64,000 bases of DNA. Origin: a virus. The notes under the pieces were generated by a model, which was not told where the DNA came from, did no database searches, and saw only the letters and a program-made list of their open reading frames with translations. Below are positions 1-10,616 of this stretch, piece after piece. Location: positions 32,001 through 96,000 of the IMG/VR virus record IMGVR_UViG_3300042868_011225; one strand, given 5' to 3'. Within the stretch, counting starts at the first letter, position 1; every line of letters starts with the position of its first letter. The translations under genes and the position numbers were made by a program.

Positions 1-2
1 GT

Positions 3-2120
3 GGTGCCAACAGCAGTGTTGATAAAGGATTAAGAAAAAAATATAGAAGAAATGATGAAAAAGCTAGATTAATTGATAGTTTTAGATTTGTGGATAGAGC
101 ATTTAGTGATATTGGTGATTTATTTTATTTAAATCCAATACCAGTTAATGATTATTTAATGAATAGCCCTAATACATCTGTGTTTGATGCCGTTAGTCAA
201 TTATTAGCGTCAAACCATTTTACATTTATTCCGTTACCAACATTTATTAACTATAACGACCCTGTTATGTTAAAATCAATGTTTAATACGTACCCTGATT
301 ATGGTGAAGCAATCGAAGATGGTATTTGTGGCCCTAGTTTTGTTAGTGTATATGCTGGCGATACTTCTAAACACTTAGATTTTGGCGATAACGAATATCC
401 AAATGATGGTGTTGATTTTCAATGTGGTAGTAATAATTCAATTATTAATGTACCACCTGATTTTGTTGGTACAAGTAATGAGTTTGAAAATGATGTTGCA
501 ATATTTTCGGTTAATTATGGTCAACAAAATCAAAACATATTTAAAGATATAACATTAGACCAAAGCGAATTTAGTGAAACCGATGAATCATTAAAAATTA
601 CTGATGATATTGGACATAAAGGAGTACAAAACGACATAAGTTTGGGTGGTCAAAACATTTATAATGTTTATTCGGTAAGAAGTTATAAAGCAGAAGTTGA
701 AATGATGGGTAATGCCATGATTCAACCAATGATGCACTTCCAATTGAATAATATACCTATGTTCCATGGGGCATATTTAATAACACGTGTAAAACATACA
801 ATTAAACCTAATTATATGTCAACAGTATTTAGTGGTAGTAGGGTAAGATACCCAAAAACAGAATTGTTAAGTGGTGCTGATTTTTATATGGGTATACTTG
901 ATAGTATGAATCTTTCAGCTAATGGTAGTAATACAGTTGGTGCTGTAGGTTCTTCATTGATTAATGGATATGCTGCTGATTTAAGAGCAAATATCCCAAA
1001 AAATAAAATAATTGAAGGTAGTACAATACCTAATAAAGTAGCATTAACGCAAAGAGCTGAAAAAGAACTTTTAAATTGGCAAGATGGTAAAGTAAACGAA
1101 AAAAATGGTGTTGCATTTTTAGATGAATATGCAAAAGCAACACCAGCAAACGGTGTTAGTGGTACTGAATATGCATCAGGAGCTCAACCATGGAGTGGAG
1201 TATTTATTTCATACGTTATGTTGGCTGGTGATTCTGATTTTCCTAATTCAGCAATGCATTTTTCATATATAACAGATGCTATGAATGGTAAAAATGGTTA
1301 TGAAGCATTTGCTTTAGGTTCTGGCTTAAAAATAAAACCAGAAGTTGGTGATTTAATTTGTGAACCTAGACCAGCAGGTGGAACTACTGGTGGCCACTGT
1401 AATGTATTATATAAAACCACAGCAACCGTAGCTTCATTTGTTGGTGGTAATTTAAGTAGTAGTGCAAAAAAAATTGATGTTACTTTGGATGGTGGTTATA
1501 TCACGGATTCAACAGATGTTAAGAAAATGGTTATCTACATTAAAAAAACAGATAATAAATACTACAATAAGAAAAAAATAATAGGTACTGGTAATTTTGA
1601 TGATGGTGTCCACAAAGGTAACCAAATAGATACTAAAACTCTATATGAAGAACTTAAAAAACAATTAGGTTATGGTGATGCTGCAATTGCAGGTATTATG
1701 GGTAACATGTATCAAGAAAGTAGATTCATACCTACAGCAAGAAATCCTGTAGGTAAAGATTATGGATTGGTACAGTGGTATGGCCCAGCACAAGAAGCAC
1801 TTTTAAAATGGTTATCTGATAATGGTTTAGACAAAACATATTTTAAAGACCAAATACAATATTTAAAACATGATATAACTGATAAATCTAAATATACAGG
1901 TAAAAATTTAGCTGCTAATAATGATGTAACAGATGCAACTAAAATATTTTATATTACATATGAAAGTGGTACTTTAGGTTACTTTAATTTTAGTGCAAAT
2001 TCAGTTGCTGAAAGATTAGCAGAAATGAACCAAGTAGATGGTTCGTATAATAAAAGGGTTTCCTACGCAACTCAAATTAGTGAAATGATTAAAACCAAAA
2101 ACTTTTATATTCCTAGATAA
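3..2120 (+). CDS. Baseplate hub/tail-associated lysin, 5'-truncated (hub-like region + DUF2272/CHAP-like domain + phage tail lysozyme domain)
   Basis: Frame is open from position 3, so the gene starts before the window. EVEMMGNAMIQP..YLITRVKH resembles a gp27/GpD hub C-terminus; QPWSGVFISYVM..GDLIC..GHC resembles DUF2272/CHAP; AAIAGIMGNMYQES..YGLVQW matches Phage_lysozyme2. Confidence 0.7.
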   Translation, partial: GANSSVDKGLRKKYRRNDEKARLIDSFRFVDRAFSDIGDLFYLNPIPVNDYLMNSPNTSVFDAVSQLLASNHFTFIPLPTFINYNDPVMLKSMFNTYPDYGEAIEDGICGPSFVSVYAGDTSKHLDFGDNEYPNDGVDFQCGSNNSIINVPPDFVGTSNEFENDVAIFSVNYGQQNQNIFKDITLDQSEFSETDESLKITDDIGHKGVQNDISLGGQNIYNVYSVRSYKAEVEMMGNAMIQPMMHFQLNNIPMFHGAYLITRVKHTIKPNYMSTVFSGSRVRYPKTELLSGADFYMGILDSMNLSANGSNTVGAVGSSLINGYAADLRANIPKNKIIEGSTIPNKVALTQRAEKELLNWQDGKVNEKNGVAFLDEYAKATPANGVSGTEYASGAQPWSGVFISYVMLAGDSDFPNSAMHFSYITDAMNGKNGYEAFALGSGLKIKPEVGDLICEPRPAGGTTGGHCNVLYKTTATVASFVGGNLSSSAKKIDVTLDGGYITDSTDVKKMVIYIKKTDNKYYNKKKIIGTGNFDDGVHKGNQIDTKTLYEELKKQLGYGDAAIAGIMGNMYQESRFIPTARNPVGKDYGLVQWYGPAQEALLKWLSDNGLDKTYFKDQIQYLKHDITDKSKYTGKNLAANNDVTDATKIFYITYESGTLGYFNFSANSVAERLAEMNQVDGSYNKRVSYATQISEMIKTKNFYIPR

Positions 2121-2125
2121 TTAAT

Positions 2126-2156
2126 TTGATTAATTAAAAACAATGTAGTACATTTG
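2126..2156 (+). promoter_or_regulatory. Bacteroidetes-type housekeeping promoter TTG-N20-TACATTTG
   Basis: Matches the -33 TTG / -7 TAnnTTTG consensus, immediately before ATG 2161. Confidence 0.7.
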
Positions 2157-2160
2157 CAAA

Positions 2161-2760
2161 ATGAAAAAAATTGCAAATATAGTTTCAGATAACACAATAA
2201 ATGTTTCAGAAATTTTTAACGTAGTAAAGACCATGGATGAAATACAACATGGTCTTCCTACATTAATAGTGGGTCTAGACTTAGCAGATAAACTATATCC
2301 TAATTTTGATATTACAAATATTTGTTTAGCACCTAACGTATATTGGACATTTAAAAAAACTCAAAAGCGTGATAAACATACAGAAGATTTAAACTTTTTT
2401 ATCAATAAAGTATATACCGATATGCTTAAAGGTGTAACATACTATTTTGTAGACCTTATTCAAAACCAAACAAAAACACTCAAACGAGTTATTAAAAAAA
2501 TACGTGAATTTAAGCACATTACCACATACATACACAAAGATATGGTTTACCTATATAGTGATAATTTAATCTTTGGAATAGACTTAAAATTAGCAAGATA
2601 CATTGGGATGGATGTTGATAATTTAATTTCAAAAATTAAATTAATTAGCACTGTCTTTTTGACTAATGATGAGATACTTATAGAATATAAAAAGAACTTG
2701 GAAGAAATGGAATTCCAAGCTCGATATATTCCTTATTTAGTATCGATAATCAATGAGTAA
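2161..2760 (+). CDS. Hypothetical protein
   Basis: 199-aa ORF with promoter; overlaps the next gene. Confidence 0.7.
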   Translation: MKKIANIVSDNTINVSEIFNVVKTMDEIQHGLPTLIVGLDLADKLYPNFDITNICLAPNVYWTFKKTQKRDKHTEDLNFFINKVYTDMLKGVTYYFVDLIQNQTKTLKRVIKKIREFKHITTYIHKDMVYLYSDNLIFGIDLKLARYIGMDVDNLISKIKLISTVFLTNDEILIEYKKNLEEMEFQARYIPYLVSIINE

Positions 2761-3154
2761 AACAAGTTTATTAGCAGCATTTATCTTCCCTGAAAGATTA
2801 GAATGGTTTCTAAGTTATTTAGAAGCTAAATTCTCCATTGGCAAAGAAAAAGTATTCTGTTATAAAGACGAAGATGATGAATCAAAATTAATAATAACTT
2901 TTAAATTATCAATTCCAGAAGATAAATCATTAAACCTCAAAGAATTATTTCCTAGTGCTATTATCATACATAAAAAAGGTAACGCATTATATACAATAAA
3001 TGCGTTGAATAAATTAATTGATGAAAAAGCTAAAGAATCAATAGGTAATATAGAATATAAAGATGTTAAAATCGATTGGGAAGAATATCAAGGTAAATTT
3101 ATACTAATTAAAGATAAAGAACTTAAGATTTTAAGTATAAGTAGAGTTTTTTAA
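2753..3154 (+). CDS. Conserved phage hypothetical protein (HKK..LYTINALN motif)
   Basis: 133-aa ORF; motif recalled from large-phage hypothetical proteins. Confidence 0.65.
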   Translation: MSKTSLLAAFIFPERLEWFLSYLEAKFSIGKEKVFCYKDEDDESKLIITFKLSIPEDKSLNLKELFPSAIIIHKKGNALYTINALNKLIDEKAKESIGNIEYKDVKIDWEEYQGKFILIKDKELKILSISRVF

Positions 3155-3204
3155 CGATTACTCGATATTTATATATAAAATAACAAACTCAAATAAAATT
3201 AGTT

Positions 3205-3387
3205 ATGGAAAAAGATATTAAAAACGTAGAATTAAATAAAGCCTTAGAAGGTTTTTTAAATACTGAAAACAAAGACCCAAACATGGATTGTACATCAGGT
3301 GTTTGTGTGATTAAAGGCGATAAAAGCTTAGTTGAAAGAATCAACAAAAAAATCATAACAGAAGACGGAAGACAATTATTATTCTAA
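3205..3387 (+). CDS. Small hypothetical protein, possibly virion-associated
   Basis: 60 aa, preceded by GATATTTATA (3164-3173), TAATG overlap with next gene. Confidence 0.65.
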   Translation: MEKDIKNVELNKALEGFLNTENKDPNMDCTSGVCVIKGDKSLVERINKKIITEDGRQLLF

Positions 3388-4157
3388 TGAAGAAAACAAA
3401 ATTTAACCCACAATTACTTAAAGAAGAACTTAATAGATTCAAACTTATAAACGAATATTCTTTCTACAAAGAAGCTCAAGCAGAAGATGATGATTTATTA
3501 TTAGGTGGATTAGACGAAGCTGATGAAGAACCAGAAGGTGCAGATGCAATAGCAAATGATTTAGGGGTACCACCTCCAGATGCTGCAGCACCAGATGTAG
3601 ATTTTGGTGGAGAACCTCAAGCAGGCGATGCAGCACCAGCTGAAGACCCAGCCGCACCTCCTGCAGCAGAAGTAGCACCAGAAGCACCTATGGCACCAAT
3701 TGAAGGGCCTGCAGAAGAACCTGCAGAAGAACCTGCAGGAGATGAAGTTGAATTGGATGTAACGGATTTAGTAGATTCAACAGATGAAGCTAAAAGTGCT
3801 GCAGATAAAGCAAGTCAAAACACAAAACTTCTTATGAAAAAACTAGAAGACTTAGAATCACGTATTGCTAGTATGGATGCTGTTAATGGTAAAATTGAAG
3901 CTCTTGAGAAAGAAATAATCAAAAGAAATCCAACCAATGTTGAAAAATTAGAAATGCAATCGTTACATTCTGGTCCTTATACTCAAAAATTAACAGATTA
4001 CTGGGCTGACAAACATGGTGCGTATGATGTAATGGGTAATGATAAAAAAGAAGAATACATATTAGATAAAGATACTATTGATTCTGATTACAGTGAAGGG
4101 GATATTAAACAAAGTTTTGCTGTAAAACCAGAAGACTATGATGAAGAAGATATCTAA
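3387..4157 (+). CDS. Acidic Pro/Ala-rich coiled-coil protein, putative head/scaffold-like
   Basis: Low-complexity acidic linker, heptad segment LMKKLEDLESRI..IEALEKEI, L/I-x-E motifs. Confidence 0.55.
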   Translation: MKKTKFNPQLLKEELNRFKLINEYSFYKEAQAEDDDLLLGGLDEADEEPEGADAIANDLGVPPPDAAAPDVDFGGEPQAGDAAPAEDPAAPPAAEVAPEAPMAPIEGPAEEPAEEPAGDEVELDVTDLVDSTDEAKSAADKASQNTKLLMKKLEDLESRIASMDAVNGKIEALEKEIIKRNPTNVEKLEMQSLHSGPYTQKLTDYWADKHGAYDVMGNDKKEEYILDKDTIDSDYSEGDIKQSFAVKPEDYDEEDI

Positions 4158-4179
4158 TAACAAATAAAATTATTAAACT

Positions 4180-4206
4180 AAACCTCTGATTATCAGGGGT
4201 TTTTTT
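4180..4206 (+). terminator. Rho-independent terminator
   Basis: AAACCTCTGA-TTA-TCAGGGGTTT followed by T run. Confidence 0.8.
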
Positions 4207-4235
4207 ATTTTATGAAAATAAATTAAATAAAAAAC

Positions 4236-4338
4236 TTGGTAGATGATATTATTAAGTGTAAGTTTGTAAAAAATAAGTAAAATATGTAAAATAGTTGCTT
4301 AAAATGCTTGACTTTTTTAAAAAATATTCGTATATTTG
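4236..4338 (+). promoter_or_regulatory. Tandem Bacteroidetes-type promoters upstream of SSB
   Basis: TTG(4236)-N20-TAAGTTTG(4259) and TTG(4308)-N20-TATATTTG(4331). Confidence 0.7.
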
Positions 4339-4409
4339 TATATTAAAAAACTTTAGAAAACTAAAACATAACCTAGAAAAATAACAATTAATTAAATAAA
4401 TTTAGAAAA

Positions 4410-5324
4410 ATGAACAAAGAAGAAGATGACTTATTGGCAATGTTGGCTCAATACGAAGAAAACAACAAACCACTTTACGTAAAAAGCGAAACCGCTAAAA
4501 CGTATGACTTAAAAAATTACTTTACAACTTACGATTTAGAAAAAGATGAACAATCTAAAACTAAAGAAATTAGAATCTTACCAAACCCAAAAGGTGGTTC
4601 TCCGTTAGTTGAATTCTATGGCCACACAGCAATGGTTGACGGTCAAAAGAAAACATTCCCATGTTTACAACATGAAAAAGGTACTGCATGTCCTTTCTGC
4701 GAAGCTCGTGAAGCTTTACTTGCCACTGGTGATGCTGGTGACAAAGAATTAGCTAAAAAATATAATGCTAGAAAAATGTATATCGCTAAACTTATCGATA
4801 GAAACCACGAAGACGAAGGTGTTAAATTTTGGAGATTTAATAACGACTACACTAAAAAAGGTGCATTCGATTTAATCCACGGTGTTGTATCTGGTCTTAA
4901 GAAAAACAAAAATATTTCTAGCCCTACTGAAGGTCGTGATTTAACTATCATGATTAACAGAAACCAAACTGGTTTACCAATCATTTCGTCTATCGTAGCA
5001 CAAGATTCTGATGTTTTGAGTGCTGATGCAGATAAAGCTGCTGAATGGTTAGCTGATGAAAGAACATGGGAAGATGTTTATTCAGTAAGAAATTATGATT
5101 ACTTAGCAATTATCGTTAGAGGGTACACACCTATCTGGGATAAAGAAGCTAAATGTTTCGTAGCAAAAGAATTAGCCAAAGAAAACGAAGCAGAATCTAA
5201 TGAATTAGATTCAGAATTGACTATGGCTGTTGAAAATGTTAAAGCTAATGTAACAGCGGCTGAAACAGTTACAAATCCAGTGTCTACCACTCCAGAAGCG
5301 GAAGACGATGATTTACCTTTCTAA
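4410..5324 (+). CDS. Single-stranded DNA-binding protein, T4 gp32-like
   Basis: IRILP, H..C..CPFCE zinc site, GVKFWRF, EGRDL, acidic tail EDDDLPF. Confidence 0.85.
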   Translation: MNKEEDDLLAMLAQYEENNKPLYVKSETAKTYDLKNYFTTYDLEKDEQSKTKEIRILPNPKGGSPLVEFYGHTAMVDGQKKTFPCLQHEKGTACPFCEAREALLATGDAGDKELAKKYNARKMYIAKLIDRNHEDEGVKFWRFNNDYTKKGAFDLIHGVVSGLKKNKNISSPTEGRDLTIMINRNQTGLPIISSIVAQDSDVLSADADKAAEWLADERTWEDVYSVRNYDYLAIIVRGYTPIWDKEAKCFVAKELAKENEAESNELDSELTMAVENVKANVTAAETVTNPVSTTPEAEDDDLPF

Positions 5325-5340
5325 TCAAAGGTAACAAAAC

Positions 5341-5373
5341 AAAAAAAGAAGTGAGAAATTGCTTCTTTTTTTT
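5341..5373 (+). terminator. Rho-independent terminator
   Basis: AAAAAAAGAAGTGA-GAAA-TTGCTTCTTTTTTT. Confidence 0.75.
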
Positions 5374-5405
5374 GCTAAAATAACGAGGAATAAAAATTAA
5401 TATTA

Positions 5406-6521
5406 ATGGCTGTAAAACCAAAAAAAACAAATGAAAAACCAGTAATTGAAAAAGTAGCATTCGATTTAGATTCATTCTTAGAATCAGAAAACATTAACTC
5501 AGAACCAAAAGATAAAGAATTATCATGGGTTCCATTATCAAAAGCATGGCATGATGCTTTAAAACTACCTGGATTTCCACGTGGATATTTATCTCTAGTA
5601 AGAGGTTATTCAAACACTGGTAAATCAACAGCGTTTTATGAAGCGATTGCAGGATGTCAAAAGATTGGGGATTTAGCCGTAGTAATTGAAACTGAAGGTA
5701 ACTGGAACACTGAACACGCAAAACAAGTAGGTGTTAAATTTAAAGAAGTTGTAAACGAAGAAACTGGTGAAATTACTGAGAAACCAGATGGTTTTATCTT
5801 GATTAGAAACAAGGATTTGTACAATATGTATAAAAACTACAATCATCAAGATAGTAAAATGATGACTAAACCTACGAGAGGGGAACCAGTTATCGAAGAC
5901 GTTTCATTATTCATTAGCGAAATGCTTCAAAAACAAGAAGATGGTATTATTACCAATAATATGTGTTTCCTATGGGATTCTATCGGTACACTTAACTGTT
6001 ATAAATCAGCTTGTTCAAATACTAGCAACAATATGTGGAATGCAGGTGCTATGGGTTGTTTCCAAGCTATAGTTAACTTTAAAATTCCTTCTAGTAGAAG
6101 TATGGATAGTGAATATACCAACACTATGATTTGTGTTCAAAAAATATGGTTAGATAATATGAACGGAACGGTAGTGAAACACAAAGGTGGTGAATTTATG
6201 TTCTTTAATTCTAGAATTATTGTTCATATTGGTGGTATTCTTACTCACGGAACTAAAAAGTTAACAGCAGTTGCTTTGGGACAAGATTTCCAATTCGGAA
6301 CTGAAGCTAAAATCAGATGTGAGAAAAACCACGTTACAGGTATTGAAAGAAACGGAAGCATTGCATCAACACCACACGGTTATGTTAACCCAAGTGAATT
6401 AGATGCTTACAAAAAAGAAAAAAGACAATTCATCCATGATGCATTAAATGTTAGTTATGATGAAGAAATCAGTTTTCAAGAAACTGAAGGTCGTCTTGAA
6501 GGAGATGATATCAGAGAGTAA
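5406..6521 (+). CDS. uvsX: RecA/UvsX-like recombinase
   Basis: GFPRG, Walker A GYSNTGKST, IETEG, Walker B FLWDSIG, KGGE, KNH. Confidence 0.85.
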   Translation: MAVKPKKTNEKPVIEKVAFDLDSFLESENINSEPKDKELSWVPLSKAWHDALKLPGFPRGYLSLVRGYSNTGKSTAFYEAIAGCQKIGDLAVVIETEGNWNTEHAKQVGVKFKEVVNEETGEITEKPDGFILIRNKDLYNMYKNYNHQDSKMMTKPTRGEPVIEDVSLFISEMLQKQEDGIITNNMCFLWDSIGTLNCYKSACSNTSNNMWNAGAMGCFQAIVNFKIPSSRSMDSEYTNTMICVQKIWLDNMNGTVVKHKGGEFMFFNSRIIVHIGGILTHGTKKLTAVALGQDFQFGTEAKIRCEKNHVTGIERNGSIASTPHGYVNPSELDAYKKEKRQFIHDALNVSYDEEISFQETEGRLEGDDIRE

Positions 6522-6555
6522 CAAAAAACGAGTATTAACCTTATAAAGGTTTAGA

Positions 6556-7608
6556 ATGAACAAAAGACCACCAAAAAATGGTGAAATTAGAGAAGAAATT
6601 CAAAATACACTTTTAGTAGACGGAAATGCCCTGTTTAAACGGGGCTTTTCTGGTGCTAAAGACTTGTATAACAAAGATGGCCTCCATATAGGTGGAGTAT
6701 ACCAATTCCTTACAACACTTCGTATGTTGCTAGAACAAGAAATGTACCACAGAGTCTATGTATTCTGGGATGGTAATTTCAGTGGGAAACTAAGATACGA
6801 AATTTACGAGCCATACAAAAGTGCTCGTGGTAAAGACTACATAAACGGCACTCAGCCAATTGACGAATCAGAATTAAAACAACGCAGAATCGTTTGGGAT
6901 TACCTAAATGAATTATGTATCAGACAATTAAAAGATGAGGTTATTGAAGGTGATGACTTTATAGCATATTATTGCCTTACCAAAAACAAAAACGAAAAAA
7001 TAACTATCTGCACCAATGATAGTGATATGGCTCAACTAATAAATGAAGATGTTAGAATATTTTTCTTAAACTTTAAAAATTATGTTGGTAAAGCCAATTA
7101 TTCTTCGTACTTTAGCCATAATCTAGAAAATTCAATGTTGATTAAGTCAATGATTGGAGATACAGCAGATAGCATCAAAGGAATTAAAGGTTTAGGTGAA
7201 ACGACACTATTAACTCATTTTCCAGATTTGACAAAAAGAAAAGTAACTTTAAATGAAATTATAGAACAAGCTAGTAAACAACAAGAAGAAAGAATCGCAC
7301 TAAAACAGAAACCTCTTAAGGTGTTACAAAACATCATAGATGCCGTTACTGATGGAGTTCAAGGGAATAAAATATATCAAATCAATGAAAGATTGGTTAA
7401 TTTATCTAAACCTATGATGACAAAAGATGGTATAAGAGCGTTAGAACTACTTAAAAATGGTTCTCTACTACCTGAAAACAGGGAATTTACAAAAGTATTT
7501 GAAATGATGAAAAGTCATGGAATAGATAAAGAAATTGGGGAATATCGATACCCAGAATATCTAGTCCCTTTCAAAAAGCTTATCGATAGAGAAATAAAAA
7601 ATAATTAA
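6556..7608 (+). CDS. 5'-3' exonuclease / T4 RNase H-like flap nuclease
   Basis: LLVDGN, VFWDG, YKSAR, EGDDFIA, GDTADSIKGIKGLGE (H3TH motif). Confidence 0.9.
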   Translation: MNKRPPKNGEIREEIQNTLLVDGNALFKRGFSGAKDLYNKDGLHIGGVYQFLTTLRMLLEQEMYHRVYVFWDGNFSGKLRYEIYEPYKSARGKDYINGTQPIDESELKQRRIVWDYLNELCIRQLKDEVIEGDDFIAYYCLTKNKNEKITICTNDSDMAQLINEDVRIFFLNFKNYVGKANYSSYFSHNLENSMLIKSMIGDTADSIKGIKGLGETTLLTHFPDLTKRKVTLNEIIEQASKQQEERIALKQKPLKVLQNIIDAVTDGVQGNKIYQINERLVNLSKPMMTKDGIRALELLKNGSLLPENREFTKVFEMMKSHGIDKEIGEYRYPEYLVPFKKLIDREIKNN

Positions 7609-7626
7609 AATTAAATTTTAAAAAGT

Positions 7627-8157
7627 ATGTCACAAACAATAGAATTACAAAGAAGAACACCAGTAGAAATAGAAAGATTTGAATTTTCTTTCTTCGTTAA
7701 CGATAATATTATCTGTCAAAGATATTTCAAAATTAGAGATTTTGATGAAAATTTTGCACCGTTAGATGAAGCAGCTGCTAGAGTGTATAAAGCTAATCCT
7801 GCTAAAGAATTAGAAAGGATTAACGTGCTAAAAGAATTAGGTGATTCAGTAGCTGGAATACAAGATGGTATTCTTCCGAATTACTTGAAAAAGAAATCAA
7901 TCGATTACTTATGGGATAATTACAAACCATATTATGCTCAAAATGAAGATTCGTATAAAACCCCACCAAAGAAAGGTGATGTGTTTCAATTTGAAGTTAA
8001 GGTAGATACTATGCCTATACTTAAAGTTGAATTTCCTAACGAATATTTCACTTTAAATCCTAAAATCAATGTTGATATTAGAGAAGTTATTCAAGAAATT
8101 ATTACTGATGTAAGATATTTCTTGAGTGTAAAAAATAATGCAAAAGTGTCGAATTAA
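7627..8157 (+). CDS. Hypothetical protein in replication cluster
   Basis: 176-aa ORF between exonuclease and helicase. Confidence 0.7.
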   Translation: MSQTIELQRRTPVEIERFEFSFFVNDNIICQRYFKIRDFDENFAPLDEAAARVYKANPAKELERINVLKELGDSVAGIQDGILPNYLKKKSIDYLWDNYKPYYAQNEDSYKTPPKKGDVFQFEVKVDTMPILKVEFPNEYFTLNPKINVDIREVIQEIITDVRYFLSVKNNAKVSN

Positions 8158-8210
8158 TTCGATGCTTTTGTATATTTATAATAACAATGTTTTAAAAGAA
8201 AGGAAAGAAA

Positions 8211-9629
8211 ATGGCAAAAATAGACAAAAGTAATTTAGGATATCTAGGGGCTGAATATCAGTTAAGACTTATCGCTCAGATACTTACCGATAGAAAATTC
8301 GGTAATGCAATCATAGATATTGTTAATCCAAATTACTTTGAAGATGAATACTTAAGAATTGTTGTTGGTGCAATTAAAAACGCCAAAGCAAAAGATGATA
8401 TTATTCCAGATGTTGGTAGTTTGGAATTTAGGTTGTTAGATGAGGTTAAAGACGATACCCAAAGACGATATGCTTTAACACAACTAAGAAAAATAAAAGA
8501 AGCTGACCTTAATGACACTCTTTACGTGCAAGAAACTGCAATGAGATTTTGTAAGCAGCAAGAGCTTATGAAAGCTTTGGCTGAAATTAATAAAATTATT
8601 AGTAAAGGTGAAGTTGATAACTACGAAGAATTAGAAAGTAAATTAAGAAAAGCACTTGAACACGGTGATAGCAAAGATGATGGTATAAACGTATTCGATG
8701 ACATTGATTCTGTTTTGGCAGATGATTTTAGAAAACCAATTCGAACTGGTATTGAAGGGTTAGATGAAATTATGGATGGAGGTTTATCAAAAACTGAATT
8801 AGCTATAATCCTAGCACCATTCGGAGTTGGTAAAACAACAATGATGACCAAAATAGCCAATACGGCAATGCTTGATGGTTATAAAGTTTTACAATTATTT
8901 TTCGAAGATAGTACAAAAGTAATTCAAAGAAAACACTTATCTTGTTGGTCAAAATTTGACCTTAATAGTTTATCAATCCATAAAGAAGAAGTAAAAGAAA
9001 TGGCAGCTAATATGGTTGCTAATAGTAAAGGTAGTTTAGGTGAGATAAGACTTAAAAGATTTTCTAGTGATGGGACAACAATTCCTATTATTAGACAATA
9101 CATTAGAAAATTAATTGCAACAGGTTTTAGACCAGATGTTGTAATCTTAGATTATATTGATGTAGTAGAACCATCAAGAAGATTCGATGATGTAAATGCA
9201 GGTGAAGGTAGTGTAATGAGACAATTCGAAACAATGTTGTTAGAATTAGATATTGCAGGTTGGACAGCTGTTCAAGGTAATAGAAGCTCTATCAAAGCAG
9301 ATGTAGTTGAAGCTGACCAAATGGGTGGTTCAATCAAAAAAGCACAAATTGGACACTTCGTAGTATCTATAGCTAAAACACTAGACCAAAAAGATAAAAG
9401 TACTGCTACTATGGCTATTCTTAAATCTCGTTTTGGTAAATCTGGGATGATATTTGAAGATATCGTATTTGATAATGCTAGAATTCAAATAGAAATGGGT
9501 GAAAACAAACAAGCTTCTACTCGTACCGAATATAAAAATAATGTAGAGGTTAAAGGTCAAAAAAGAACCAATGAAGTGTTAGATGCTATGTTAAATAGAA
9601 ACACTGCTTTAAATAGTGACCTTGTATAA
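8211..9629 (+). CDS. Replicative DnaB-like (gp41) helicase
   Basis: TGIEGLD, Walker A APFGVGKT, ILDYID, TAVQGNR, LKSRFG. Confidence 0.9.
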   Translation: MAKIDKSNLGYLGAEYQLRLIAQILTDRKFGNAIIDIVNPNYFEDEYLRIVVGAIKNAKAKDDIIPDVGSLEFRLLDEVKDDTQRRYALTQLRKIKEADLNDTLYVQETAMRFCKQQELMKALAEINKIISKGEVDNYEELESKLRKALEHGDSKDDGINVFDDIDSVLADDFRKPIRTGIEGLDEIMDGGLSKTELAIILAPFGVGKTTMMTKIANTAMLDGYKVLQLFFEDSTKVIQRKHLSCWSKFDLNSLSIHKEEVKEMAANMVANSKGSLGEIRLKRFSSDGTTIPIIRQYIRKLIATGFRPDVVILDYIDVVEPSRRFDDVNAGEGSVMRQFETMLLELDIAGWTAVQGNRSSIKADVVEADQMGGSIKKAQIGHFVVSIAKTLDQKDKSTATMAILKSRFGKSGMIFEDIVFDNARIQIEMGENKQASTRTEYKNNVEVKGQKRTNEVLDAMLNRNTALNSDLV

Positions 9630-9654
9630 ATAAATAACAATAAAAAACAAAACA

Positions 9655-10608
9655 ATGATTGAACCAATTTTAAAACCAAACCCAGATAGGTTTGTTATTT
9701 TTCCAATTGCCCACCAAGATTTATGGGATTACTATGAAATCGAATTAGAAGCGATGTGGACAGTAAAAGAAGTTGACTTATCCAAAGACATTGAACACTG
9801 GAATAAGAAACTTAACGATAATGAAAGATTTTTCATTAAAAATGTGTTGGCATTTTTTGCTGCATCGGATGGTATTGTAAATGAAAACCTAGCTATTAAC
9901 TTTTTAAATGAAGTTCAATACCCAGAAGCTAAATTCTTTTATGGATTTCAAATTATGATGGAAAATATCCATAGTAATATGTATTCACTTCTTATTGATA
10001 CTTACATCAAAGACTTAAAAGAAAGAAATGAATGTTTCAAAGCAATTGAATACATGCCACCAGTAAAGAAAAAAGCTGAATGGGCACTTAAATGGATTGA
10101 ATCAGATTCATTTGTTGAAAGACTTATTGCATTTGTTGCTGTGGAAGGTATTTTCTTTTCAGGTTCATTCTGTAGTATCTTTTATTTAAAATCTAGAGGT
10201 CTTATGCCAGGTTTATGTGATTCTAATACGTTTATTTCTAGAGATGAGGCATTGCATGCTGATTTTGCAATTCATTTATTAAACAATCACATCGTAAACA
10301 AACCAACCAAAGATAGAATTCGTGAAATCTTTTTATCTGCGTTAGAAATCGAAAAAGAATTCATTACTGAATCTTTACCAGTTTCATTGATTGGTATGAA
10401 TGCTGATTTGATGAAACAATATTTAGAATTTGTTGTAGATGGGTTATTAATTCAATTAGGTTGTGAAAAAGAATTTAATTCAAAAAACCCATTTGAATTT
10501 ATGAATCAAATCACACTTAAAACAAAACAAAATTTCTTTGAAGGAAGGTCCTCAGAGTATAAAGCGGCTGATTTATCTGGTGCTATTTCATTTGATGAAG
10601 AAATATAA
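9655..10608 (+). CDS. nrdB: Ribonucleotide reductase class Ia beta subunit
   Basis: [19 protein letters not shown] radical tyrosine, [19 protein letters not shown]. Confidence 0.95.
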   Translation: MIEPILKPNPDRFVIFPIAHQDLWDYYEIELEAMWTVKEVDLSKDIEHWNKKLNDNERFFIKNVLAFFAASDGIVNENLAINFLNEVQYPEAKFFYGFQIMMENIHSNMYSLLIDTYIKDLKERNECFKAIEYMPPVKKKAEWALKWIESDSFVERLIAFVAVEGIFFSGSFCSIFYLKSRGLMPGLCDSNTFISRDEALHADFAIHLLNNHIVNKPTKDRIREIFLSALEIEKEFITESLPVSLIGMNADLMKQYLEFVVDGLLIQLGCEKEFNSKNPFEFMNQITLKTKQNFFEGRSSEYKAADLSGAISFDEEI

Positions 10609-10616
10609 GTAAAAAT

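Noticed and set aside
4207-4409. Replication origin or ncRNA in the long AT-rich gap before SSB
   Set aside because: Explained by a terminator plus two tandem promoters; no iterons or stable structure seen
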